A stretch of DNA of 64,000 nucleotides from Vicugna vicugna. Taxonomy: Eukaryota. The stretch covers positions 807,249 through 871,248 of the forward strand of contig MU058241.1 in NCBI GenBank assembly GCA_013265495.1, written 5' to 3'. A program made the position numbers and the translations under genes. Shown here piece after piece: positions 1 to 12,105 of the stretch. The notes beneath the pieces were generated by a model. It was not told where the DNA came from. It searched no databases and saw only the letters and a program-made list of their open reading frames with translations. The stretch's first letter is position 1. Each line of letters begins with the position of its first letter.

Positions 1-204
1 AAAATAGCTATTTAAGCTTCGCATCTCAGAGTACCTGTACCTGTATCTGCTAATAATAGAAGGACAGTGACAGGAGATGAGATCTGATCAGCTTTGGGCC
101 AGGTTATGTGAAGGAATATAGACCTTCCTTTAGGGATAATGCAAGATTTAGAAACAAGAGAGCAGCTTGACCTACTATGTGTATGTATGCATATATGTAA
201 CATA

Positions 205-565
205 TATTAGACTTGACTTTAAATTATTTAGGTATTTAGATAGCAGTTTTAGACTCACAGCAACATTGACAGGAAGGGACGGGGGGTTCCCATATACCCT
301 TGTCCCCACCATGCACATACCCTCACTCCCGTATCAACATCCCCCACCAGATGGTACTTTTGTGACAGGTGAAGACCCTGTGCTGACACATCATGATCAC
401 CCACAGACCACACTTAACATCAGAGCTCACGCTTCGTGCTGAACAGCCTGTGGGTTTGGACAAAGGTATCATGCCATGTATCCAGCATTAGAGTGTCATC
501 CAGAATCACTGCACGGCCCTAAAACTCTTCTGTGCTCCACCTGTTCATCCGTCTCTACCCCCTCA
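205..565 (-). mobile_element. Old LINE-1 (L1MC-like) 3' end fragment
   Basis: Contains 'tagcagttttagactcacagcaacattga...gttcccatataccc...cccccaccagatggtac...gggtttggacaaa...ccctaaaa', which matches the reverse complement of the L1MC 3' UTR as I recall it. Confidence 0.75.
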
Positions 566-2028
566 GTTTATATTTTCAAAACGTCACTCTGGCTCTTGGC
601 CAGGTAATTTATCGTACAAAGGGAACACTGGGAAAAGGGAAACAAGTTTCTATGAGCCAAGATTTTATTTGGAACTTTGCATTAATATTTAAAACACAAC
701 ACTAATCTCACTTTGGTCGCATTTGGCACTTGCAGTATCTTTTAAAGGGCCTTTTCTACACAACAAGTCTGCATCTATGTGAAATCTTTGGTATTACAGT
801 ATCCAGGAGAATATTTTCAATCTCCTTTCTATTGTTTAGCTGTCAGCAGTCCAAAATTATCTAGATAACGGTCACTACTCCAGGGACTTGTCAGCTGGTG
901 GGAGAATCAAGCTACAGGTAGGCGTGGTCACCAAGACAGCAGATGGTTTTCCAGAGCTGGTGTTTATGGCTGTGAGGTAGAGTTAGGCTGGGCCGCACAG
1001 TGCCCTCCCTTTTCTGGGTGAGGCTATTTTGTTCTCGTGACACCCGTGTATGCCTCCTGTAGCCCAGTAACGTGGCTGTATGCATACACAGAGCCAACCC
1101 TCCTCCCTTCTGGTGTTACTGTTCTATAAAGCACCACACTCACTGAATTAGGGTACACTGGTCCATTGCCCCTGGAGGAAACACAGGGTCAGGTGCCTGC
1201 AAGCTCCGGGCCCGACACTGAATCCCTGGATCACTGCGTAACCTCGTTTCACACATTTCCACAGGAAGATCCGTACTGGAGCGATAACTGCTGACACACT
1301 AACACTGAGCGCACGCCCACCAGCCCTCTAGCTCATCCCTGAACGAAGCTTATCTGACTCGTGCTTTCTCCATAAGACACGCCGCCGTCTTCCCGCAAGG
1401 AGGAACACCGCCCTGGGACTTCAGACCACGCCCACAGTCATTTTAAGCAGCGAAATCGTCAACCGAAATCACAAAAATGTGAGCAACTTTTTAGACCAGT
1501 TAAGGACACCTGTTGGGAGTAGGCGAGCTGAGAAAGTCAGGCAGAGCTCTGACTTCAGGGGGACCACGGGAGCTGCTCCACTAAGAATTTTCACCATGTG
1601 CTTGTCCACGGATGATCACAGGTACATGGCGAGTGTTGGTCTGGGGGCTGAAAATACACGTAAGCAAGTGAGGTAACCTGCAAATACTGACTCTACAAAC
1701 AGTGACGCTTCACAGTGTGTCTCCCCTGCAACAGACTGTGAGCTCTCTGAGGGCAGGGCACAGACATGACCATCCTTGCTCCAGTGAAAACAGCAACATG
1801 TCTAATCTTGGCTAATCCACACCACTATTTTCAAACTTTCAAAAATTATAGCATTCTTTAAAAAACAGAACAAAACAAAACCAAAACTCCAGTAAAACAA
1901 ACTTGAGAAAAGTGGGCTTCCTTTGCTTGATTTCTGTCTGTCTCCTTGCCCTCTGGGGAGGGTAACATGAATTGTACAAGCCATTATGACATGGAAGCAC
2001 CAACAACTCTGGAAATCATGCTTTTCAG

Positions 2029-2058
2029 ATTCTAGAAGCTTCTAGAAGCTTCCAGAAG
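2029..2058. promoter_or_regulatory. Perfect six-unit heat-shock element (HSF1 consensus), formed by a 10-bp tandem repeat
   Basis: aTTCtaGAAgcTTCtaGAAgcTTCcaGAAg is six alternating inverted nGAAn pentamers with exact spacing. The motif match is direct; function is not shown. Confidence 0.6.
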
Positions 2059-2427
2059 CTCAGTGTGTTCTTCCTTATCGAAAGCTGACTCCCTCCTCAG
2101 GTGCTCTTCCAGTAAAACACAACGATATTTCCTCTCCCAGAAACCACATAACCAGAATCACATAAGGTTCCTAGCTATGTGCCACTCCTGAGCTGTGTGC
2201 AGCATGAAATGTCTAACACAGGCCCACTGCTCCCACCAGAATGAGTATCTCCCCACAAACTAAGTTGTCCAGTCAGTGTCTCAAATGCCCCCTTCCCCAT
2301 CAGGAATCATTTGGTAAAATAGCCTCCTGGAAGTAATTAACCTCTGCTCTGGGTGGAGCCCTGGTGGGGAGATGTGACCAAGATCAGGGAAGACACATGA
2401 TTTAATGGGAAATGCACTCAAATCTGC

Positions 2428-3444
2428 CACTGACATGGCCATCTACGTAGGAGGTGTCCTGGACCCTTTCAATGCATTTTTGTCTTCGAACTCACCCCTG
2501 TGTGAAGTTCCAGGAGGACTACTGTTTAAATACTTGAGGTCTGAGTATGTAAAATGAAGCACGTTTGGATCTCAATCTGTGCCAACACCAGCTCAATGAA
2601 GTTTTCGGCAGACTGGACTTCGTCCCTGGTTCTGGCAGGGAACTGGGGTGAGAGCAGACAGTTTCCACGTGTCTGCCAGCTCTGCTTTTCTTTGCCCCAA
2701 AGGACTGTGTTAGAAAGTGCTCCCGCAGATCCGGGGGCTCCAGGAACTGTCTGTGGCCACATGTCCCCTTTCACAAGCCCACCGTTCTTATAAACAACGT
2801 GACTCCATGAGAGATGATCCCTGAACTCCTTCCTCCTCCCACCTCCTGGAAACCCACATGAGGAAGCATCTGGCTCATCCCGGCCTGAAAATTCTAGGAA
2901 TCAGTGGGTATTAGTGATACGTCCCTAAGGAGATGGTTGGGCATGAGGGGAGGCCCAGGCACACTGATGGGGAAAGGACGGGAGGGTCTGATGGTTCAGG
3001 ACATGGACAGAGGAAGGACTGTGCTCCGAAGCATTACTGCTGGTTCCCCGTTGAGCAGGGAACCCGGCTTGCATCTGAGATCGGGGACAAGAGCCAGTTT
3101 GATGGACCACTGCAGACCCTCAGGGCACCTTTAGCAAGACCAGTTCCAAATCTCAACGATAGTATAGCACTGGGCTTCTAAAATGCCGCCAGGCCTCACC
3201 AGGATCCAGGCGTCAAGGTGAGGCTGACCTCCCCCCAGGACTGAGCTGGAGAGTAGGTACAGCTGCTCCGGACAGAGGACGTGTACGTCTATGGGGCACG
3301 TGCTTCACTCTTCCCCAAGCATGCTTCTTTCCCTGTTTCCCATCCAGCGGAATTACACTGGCATCACCATCTACGTGGGTCTCCTGGACCCTTTCGACAC
3401 ATTTTATCTTCTAACTCACCCTTGTGTGAAGTTCCAGGAGGACT
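2428..3444 (+). repeat. Dispersed ~90-bp direct duplication (copies 2428-2520 and 3356-3444)
   Basis: Both copies read ccatctacgt...tcctggaccctttc...tctt..aactcacc..tgtgtgaagttccaggaggact, with moderate divergence. Confidence 0.85.
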
Positions 3445-3853
3445 GAACTTTTTTCTGGAAAAGCCGTTTAGATAGACAGTTCCCACAAGGACTCACGGTA
3501 AATGCGATTTGACCTAGAATAACCTAAGACTACTACACTTTTGGCATTATTGTACTACGTTTGGGAAAAGGCATAGTCTTGCTAAGAATAAATACTGATG
3601 AGACATGAGCCCATTCCACACGCACAATCATTTCAGCATTAGTCGGCGATAAAATCCCAGTGGAGAAAAAACAAAACAAAACAACAACAAAAAAATTACA
3701 TACAATGAAATCTCAGTCCCGAAGCAGAAACGTGACAATCTTGCTTCCTTTTCACTCCCTAGGCTTACACAATTCACTGCGGCTGCACGGTGTACAAGCC
3801 AGTAACATATCTGTGTTTTTTCCTTTCACTTTTCAAACCCAATGTAAGCTTAC

Positions 3854-3864
3854 CATTTGCACGG
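3854..3864 (-). other. Candidate 11-nt microexon (CCGTGCAAATG)
   Basis: Minus strand reads ttctgcttttgttccttacag|CCGTGCAAATG|gtaagc: a good polypyrimidine acceptor and a near-consensus donor 11 nt apart. Confidence 0.3.
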
Positions 3865-4993
3865 CTGTAAGGAACAAAAGCAGAATTATAAGCTTTGTTT
3901 TTAAGCATTTCAGTTTTCAGAATTTAAGTCTGTTTTCATTTCCAGTGGAGACCTAAAAATCCTTTCATGGAAGAACCCCAAATCATCCAACATCTAAAAC
4001 AGACGCCGAAGTTCCTCGCGCACAGAGGATTTTTGAAATATGCTCTATCTTGTGAACGAGAGGTTAACTGTAAAGTTCTTTTTTTTTTAATTTCTTGTTT
4101 TGTTTGTGCAAATCTCAGAGGTTAGATTCACACTAATTTTGCCACAAAAGTAGGTTTTGCTAATAAATCTCTAGATAAATCTGTTTTTGTTCTTGTCGGG
4201 AAAAAGAAAAAGTTATCACACATATGGGAATGTCTTAAAATATGTCTGGGGAGGTCAAATTCACTCTGAGCTGTAATGTTTCTTGGATGGTACAAGTTTT
4301 CCTTCGCTATTTTAAAAGAATAGCACTAAGTAATATAAAATGGCGTAGAGGGGGTTTTGTCTTTTTTTTTTTTAAGGATTTGGTTGACGCACTTTGATTA
4401 AATAATAATTAACCTTAATCAAGGGATAAACACACTTACATAAGTTAAATCTACACAGAAGAAAACCAAATGAAAATGCCAAAGCGTAAGTCAAAGACAC
4501 TGAAATCAAAAAGAACATTTCTAAGCTATTGTTCCTAAACTAAGTAGACTGGAAGAGAAAACACGATGTGATGGGAAGAAACTTAGCTAGACGAGGAGCA
4601 GGAAAAACTGAGACCTCGGTCCTGAGTTTAACACCACTGAATTCGGCCACCTCAGAGCATCAGTGTCCACAGGGGTGTGGTTAAGAACTCGCCTGGATGA
4701 CTTGCTCTTGAAGTAAAAAATCTTCACTTACCTTTTTCTGACTTCAATTCCAGTGTCACTGTCACAGAAAATGACCTGCTTTTCCCACATAGAAGTCACA
4801 CGAGTGACTCCCTCACGTCGGGTAACACATACATAACTCACATTCTAAAAACCGTTTGCTTAACATTTGTCTTTACCAAGATTTGGTAAAGGGAGGGAGG
4901 AACTATGCAGTTTGCTTGGAAATTCGTTTTGTTTGCTATTTTTCTCTCTAATGCTTAACCCAATCCTTGCACAGGACAGAGACCAAACAAATC

Positions 4994-5242
4994 AATACTC
5001 ATTGTAAAAGGGATAAGTGAGTTAATGAACGCTTACCTTTTACAACAGCCGTTCCTTTTTCACGTTGAAGAGGCAACTTAAACAACATTTTGCAGACAAT
5101 CAACCACACATTTTAAAATACTCATTGCAAAACAGGTAAGTGAGTTAATGAACACTTACCTCCTGAAACAGCCGTTCCTTTTTCAAGTTGAGGAAGCAAC
5201 TTAAGCAACATTTTCCCAGATAATCAATCAACCACACATTTT
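4994..5242 (+). repeat. Two-copy tandem duplication, period ~123 bp
   Basis: aatactcattg...taagtgagttaatgaac.cttacct...aacagccgttcctttttca.gttga...caaccacacatttt starts at 4994 and again at 5117. Confidence 0.9.
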
Positions 5243-5464
5243 TTTAACCCGTTTTTGTACAGCTGCCCATACATGTGTTATTTTGAGAAGTCAACAACTC
5301 TCAACATCTAGCTCCTTAAGTCCGGGCGTTCACACACTTCTTTGCTAGTATCTGTGTTTACATCGGGCACCCCCACTGTCTCCCGCACAGGCTGGCTGTG
5401 CTTGTCAGAGCTGACATATGATACGTACAGGAGCATCTTTTCCGCGCACCACATAGAATAGTTA

Positions 5465-5821
5465 CTGGCTGTGTCCCCACCCCGCCTCCACTCCCATGTT
5501 GGAATCCTAACCCCCAATGTGATGGTATTAGGAAGCGGGTCCTGTAGGAGGAGATGAGGTCATGATGGTGCGGCCCTCATGAATGGATTAGTGCCCCTAG
5601 AAAAGAGATCCCGGAGAGCCCCCTCATACCTTCCACTGCATGGACACACGGCAAGACGACGGCTGTCTACGAACCAGGAAGCAGGCCTTCAGGAGACACT
5701 GAATCCACTGGCGCCTTGATCTCGGGCTTCCAGCTTCCAGAACTGTGAGAGACAAATGTCTGTTGTTGGTAAACCACCCAGTCCATGGCACTCTGTACAG
5801 CAGCCTGAACAGACTGAGACA
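5465..5821 (+). mobile_element. MLT1A/MLT1A0-type MaLR solo LTR
   Basis: Diagnostic strings 'aatcctaacccccaatgtgatggtattagga', 'gccctcatgaatggattagtgccc', 'ccttgatctcgggcttccagcttccagaactgtgaga' and 3' end 'gcagcctgaacagactgagaca'. Confidence 0.9.
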
Positions 5822-8800
5822 ATAATGTCATCACTCGGAATAGCCCCTGCATTTTTCCTTTGGACTGATGCAGAATACAGTGAATAACCTCCTAAAATGC
5901 AGACTGTTACGGGGCGTAGGAACAGAACGAAAACATGGGTGGATGATTCTTTATCCCTATCTTGGCCATTAGTCAGATTTTATTCTACCTGAAACAGTTT
6001 TCCTCACTGATAGCATTCTACAGTTTCAAGATGAAGTGACTACATAAGAAAAATAACAAATGGCTAGGCAATTATTTACAACTACCTTCCTGAAGAATAA
6101 TTTAAAATGTCAAATGGTAATTTAGCCCCAGTCTTTAAAAGAACTGGAATAATCACTTTTCAAGGGCCATTTCAACCTTTTCCGGGACTGAACTGATTCA
6201 AGTCTTTGAAGCTGCCCTTTGCCTCTTTGGACACTCATACTTAGGGGTCAGAACGTGAAGAGTCACTGTTAGAAAGCTTCTTTCTCTGGCTTTAAACCAG
6301 GCCTGATGTTGGTCTGGCACCCTGAGAACCTGCTTTGTATTCATCTCTCTTCTTTTTGAGTCCACGTTAACTCATATCGGAAGTGAGAGGGTCTGACAGG
6401 CTAAGCCAAACTCGGTGAAACGTCTCCTCCTTGCGTTCAGGGCAAGTGATGTGGCCTAGAACTGGAACGCCGGGCCTGCAGCAAGGATTCCAGAAGGGTG
6501 GGAAGTCTGGCCTTGCAGGTGGGCTGCTGACGGGAACAAATCCGGGGCTCACTGAGCTTTCAGTGAGGTGCTGCAGGCAGAAACACTGTGGGCTTTTCAT
6601 AACCAGTGGTCTTCCGTTTTGTCTGTTTTGCTATAAAGCTAATATTATACAGAGAGATGAGATCATGTACCATCACATGTACAACATGGTGTGATTATAT
6701 GTGTTACCTGTAAATAAAGTTGTATAAATTACATATATGTATAAATTGCACACAAGATTGCCTGCAATCCACTGTCATAGGCATCTTTTGGTGTCTAACA
6801 TGATCCACACAAGAATATAGACATTGTCCAAATCTTCTTTCTTGAATACTTGGCTCCTGATTGTAACATTTTGGAGCAACAAACAAAACCACACAGAAAT
6901 GAAATCAGGGTGCATGCAGTCCCCAGGAATGCCCAGAAACTTCCCAGCAATTCCCTCGCCAGAGTCTCACAGAGCATCTCCTCCATGGGACAAATACATC
7001 AGTGCTCAGTGTTTGTTCTATGAGTAACTAAAACGATTTGGGACATTTGATACAAACCTACAAAATAACAGATTGTTTATTATGACTCTTTACTTAAGCC
7101 CATAACCAAACTTTCATGAATCCTCCTGCGAGGTGGAAAAATATCCAAGATAAGGGAATGTTTGTGAAACTTTGTCAACTTACATAATCATACTGCTTAC
7201 GTTTAAATACCTGGGAAATAACACGTTTAAATGGAACAATGAAAACAGAGAACCTTTAGGTCTCAGTACGAGAGCTGAGCCAAATGTTGGCCATACTGGA
7301 TTTGCTAAGGTCCCATGTTGTTTTCAGATATTCTGTCCAAGGAGAAAAATTCAGCTGATTTCGTGAAACCACAGGGTTTAGACGGAGAGGTATGTATTAT
7401 CTGATAAGAATGAATGCTTTATATTCCAATGCAGATCAGACTTAGGATTTTTCACTGGTCACAAGTAAATCAAGCATCAATACATGGGAGCCATATTAAA
7501 CATAATCTTATTTCGTCCTTTTAGTTGTAACAATCAGAGACTCCCGGAACTTAACTGAGTCACAATGCGTCAACCAAAGCCCGAGCAAATGGCTGTAAAA
7601 GGAAGCACAGGGAAGCTTTGGAATCGCCTGAGACGAGTGCTCTTATGACCCAGCTTTGAAGTGCCCCACGCTGCACATTTACACAGCTCTCCAAGCCCAT
7701 CGTCCTTTGCCACACTTCAGGCTCGTGCAGGAATCTCTGGAACTTGAGGAACGTCGCAAATACCAACGTGAGTATGCGAAGCACGCAAGAGCGTAACTCG
7801 GAGAAGGTAAATATTAGCCCCACTTGACAGTGATGTCAAAGGAGGGAGGGAGGCGGCCCGGACTCAGGCCAGGTGTGTGGGGGTGGAGGGCGGGCCACAG
7901 ACTCCTTCACCAGCTGGGGCCGCACCCCTCCGGGTCCCCCAGTAACCTGGTGGAGGGACACAGGACAATGCTCTGTGGCAGCACTGTGTCTAGACTTAAC
8001 ATCACTGTAACAAGAGCCACTCAGACTGCAGGTCGAGGGAGAGTCACGTCGCGTCCCAGTAACACACGCATATTCAGAAATAACGAACCAGGAGCTGCCA
8101 TCCCCTCACAGGTTGCTTGTGAAATGAACATCGATGCAAAAGGTCTCCAATTTCCTTAATTTCCTTGAATAAGGGCCCACGGCAAGCACAGTTCTAACCT
8201 CAGGGAAGAGAAAAGAAGGAACCCATATGAACGTGCCCAGGGGCAAGGTCTCCCTGCGCCAGGCACTGGGGGCTGTGAGGAGTGAACCACGGCTCTAGTC
8301 CCCCAGGAAGGATGGGCTGCCAGTGACCAAAGAGGCTTTAAGTAACTAGCTGGAAACGACGCAAGGAACAGACAGAGCTGAGTCAGTCTGTATGGGGCTG
8401 GGGGCTCGAGCCAGGGCCCTAGACTGCCCCAGCTGATCCCCCTTCATCCAAGGAGCAACTGGAAGGCAGGGCGCTGTCGAGAACAGGCTAGCGTCACCTA
8501 TGCAATATGTCTTCATCCCCAGAACTGAATTTCATGAGGCCAAAAAGGGGGAGGCTGTCTCAGTTCATCCAAAGCTCCAGCGGGTACAGAGACAGCAAAT
8601 GCATCTCTCTGCTACTCTGTTTTCCAACACTGCCACAGAGACCACCACCACCACCCCTGGGGGGGCAGGAAACTAAGAATTTTCTTTGAAATATTCTAGG
8701 AAAATACATGCAGGGAGTTTTACTGGGTTCTCTTAGCTACACCAGGTCCTGCATACAGAAAAGGCGTTTCAAAACTATCCAGGACCCAGTCCTCGAAGTC

Positions 8801-9469
8801 CCACGGGTGAGATCTTGCCACGGGGATCGCTACAGAAGAGATCTGCATGGAACCTCCAAGTGCCAGACCTCAGGGCTGTCAAGCTGAGCACTGCTTTCCC
8901 AGCTGTACATTTAAAACTATGTCAAGTCCGTGCATGCTTGAGACCTGTTAATGGGTGCTTATGTGGGGCGAAAGCAGACCTTTTGAATTGCAAATTTTGA
9001 GGTAGAATCCTGGCTCATGAGAGGTTAAGCCAAATTATTTGCCACCTTGGATGTAAAAATATGCAGTAAAGTCTAGACCTGTTCTATTTACTTTCTTTTT
9101 TTTTCCTCCTGCAAAATTTTTTTTTTACCCCTTCTTTCTTCTCTTCCTCTTAAAAGAAACTAACTGGTCTGGCATGTTCATCAAAGCAATTTACTGAGAA
9201 TGCACTTTGACAGGCTGCATTAAGAATGTGGACTTGGGAAAACAAAGGGCTGTTTTATCATGCACATAAATTATATGCTTTAAAAAAAAAAACCTGAAGG
9301 CTCAGAATTCTTCAATGATACTCTAGCCAGAGCAGAATGGAGTTCTGCCTATTTTTTGTTTCAGGGCTTCAAAAGGTTTGCTCAGGGACCCATGGCTGGC
9401 CAAACCCAGACAGAAAAGGTAGCCCGGTGCACGATGGTATTCCATCTGCATTTATCAACATTAAATTTA

Positions 9470-9580
9470 GTATGAAAACCAATATATGTATGTATATGCA
9501 TGAATGGGACACTGCGCAGTACACCAGAAACTGACAGATTGTAACTGACTGTACTTCAATAAAAAATAAATTAAAAAAAA
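9470..9580 (+). mobile_element. Severely 5'-truncated young (camelid-type) L1 3' end with A-rich tail
   Basis: 'aatatatgtatgtatatgcatga.tgggacactg.gcagtacaccagaaactgacagattgtaactgactgtacttcaataaaaaataaattaaaaaaaa' resembles the terminal ~100 bp of recent camelid L1. Confidence 0.7.
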
Positions 9581-10394
9581 TTTAAGTCAGCGTATACGTA
9601 TTAAGTATCGACCGTGAGCCAAAGACCGTGCAGAATGCTATGAGGCACTCAAAGGTGGGCTGGACAGTGTCAGAAGACGTTTTGGGGAAAATGGCTCCTT
9701 AAATGAGTAGTCTCTGGGGAACAGTGAAAAAATGTGTGCTGTGTGATTCCAGAAAGCGGTTCCTGCTTTCTATGAAGCACTTAATTATCTTTAATTGATG
9801 GTTCATAAAACATCTTATTTTAAATCAAATCGTGATCTACACATTTCTTGAGAGAGGGATACAGAACTAACAGATACGGATGAAGATTCCATAAGCATCA
9901 AGTGTCCTGAGCAAAGGTCACATCTTTTACACATCTAAGCTGTGTAACGGTGGATGGTTTGCTTTGGCGTCTGAAGCACATAAAGAGTAAGAGACAGACA
10001 TAAAGCTGGAAAAATAGGAGTAATGACACAATTAAAAATATGAGAACGCTAAGAAGACCTGGTAAGAAAATGCTATGATCAGAGCTGTGCTAAACTGTGT
10101 GGATGAAGTGGTATGAAATACAACAAAAGATTCGCTGGGGGCTGTCATAAAAAGTCACTGAGAAATAGCTGTATCTGTAATAGGCTTAAAAACAACAGGG
10201 ATGCTAGGAAGATGGACGTAGAATGCTGTCTGTCTTGATAAATGTGCAGTGAAGGAAGAGTTGAAAAATTACTTCAATTATTACTAGCTTGATCAAAGGT
10301 GAAGGTCACATAACCTTTTTTCATGATTTAGGAGAACCTGAAAATGACACAAACGATGACTGTGAAACTGAAATGCAAGGAAACAAACAAATAA

Positions 10395-12105
10395 ATACAC
10401 ACACATATAATTTACAGCACCACCAAAGGTGCCAAATACCAACTAGTAAATCTAATTATGGGAGATCTTTCACACAGGAAACAACACAAAATGCTGAGAG
10501 AATTTAAAGAGGACCTAAATAGAGAAATTTATCATGTTTATTGACTTGCAGGACTCAATATTTTTAAGGCACCCGTTCATCCCAGCTTGATTTATAGGTT
10601 CAACACAATCGCTATCAATATTTCCCCAAGGTTTTTGTGGCAACTGAGAGACAGTCAAAGGGCCTAGATTAGCCAAGGTAATCTTAGAGAAGAGAAAACG
10701 TCACGGGCATAATTTACCAGCTATCAAGACATACAGTGAAGCCACAGAAGTCAAGAGAGAAGCACAAAGGAATAACAAAGATCCATGTAAAACCATCCAG
10801 AATCTAGATGACCCACTGATACAGTCAACGTATTTATGAAAAAGTGCCATAGCAATTCATTAGAGGAAAAGATCATTGATTAAGTCAGTTATTTTAGTTC
10901 AACTGGATGTTAGTATTTTTGAAAAAGGAATCTTTACCTCTACCTCAAATAAATGCATATAAAATAAATCACAGACCATTTGTAAAACATATATAGTACA
11001 AGTTGTAGAGAAAAAAACAGAAGACTATGTTTATGAACTCAAGGTGTACAACAGCTTCTAAACAGCATACAAAAATCACTAGGCACAAAACAGAAAACCG
11101 ATAAATTGTTTTAAATTAAAATTAAGAGCCTTAGTTCATCAGCAGACATCAGTAGGAGTTAAAGGATAACACGGAGGAAAGGACATGATAGTCCCAAAAG
11201 GACCGCTTTCCAGACTATATAAAGAACTCCTACAAATCCATACGAAAAGACAACTGAATTAAACATTTTCAAAAGACTTTAACTGACACTGCAAATGAGG
11301 ATTTCCAAATGGTCAAAAAGCACAGGAAAAGCTACTTCACATGATCACTCACCAGGAAAATACAAATGAAAGCCAGAATGCAAGAATGCATACCACTACC
11401 CAGCTACTAGAATGAATGAAATTGTTTAAAAAAAAAAAAAAAAAAAAAGACTGACAACCTCAAGTAAGTGACATGACCGTGAAGCTACTTGGGTGAGTGT
11501 GAACTGCCCCAGTCACTTTGGAGAGCTGTTTGGCAGTGTCCACTAAAGTCAAGTGCCTATGTACCCCACAAATACCCACAGAGTTCATTCCTAGGTGTAA
11601 ACCAAGACAATGGGATATGCAGGTCCAACAGAAGTACAAGTGTGTTCATCGTGCCTCTTCTCATGATAGCCCCAAACTGGAACAACCCAAATATCCATCA
11701 CCAATACAGTGGATGAAAAAAAAAATTATGGTGCATTTTCACAAAAAATATTACCAAGAAATAACAAACAAGATGGACTATGGCTGCACGCAACACCAGG
11801 AATGACTCTCACAGATGGAGTGGTGAGCAGACAAAGCCAGAAGCTAAACCCTGTGCCCCGTCTGACCCCACTCCTCTGCAGGTTAGGGATGGCTGAACCA
11901 ACCCACGGGAGCACACGTGAGAGTGAGGCAGCTTCCAGCTAACAGGATGATACCGGCTAAGAAGGAGCAGGTGGGAAACTTCTGGGTCTCGGAAATGTCT
12001 CTGTTTTGACCAGAGTGCTGGTAACAATAAGTACATCTGTACGTGGAGTATCAGTGAAAGTCACATTTAAAGCTGTGCACTGTTTATGTATGTTATGCCT
12101 AAAAC
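10395..12105 (+). mobile_element. Ancient L1M (L1MD/L1ME-like) ORF2 3' part and 3' UTR, heavily decayed
   Basis: A-rich, with L1 landmarks in the expected order: 'aatttaaagaggacctaaata', 'tatataaagaactcctacaaatc', 'cactttggagagctgtttggcagt', 'gccccaaactggaacaacccaaatatccatca'. Confidence 0.85.

Noticed and set aside
4725..4785. Minus-strand donor AAG|GTAAGT with a possible 44-nt exon
   Set aside because: The upstream acceptor is purine-rich (gggaaaagcag) and the peptide is unrecognisable.
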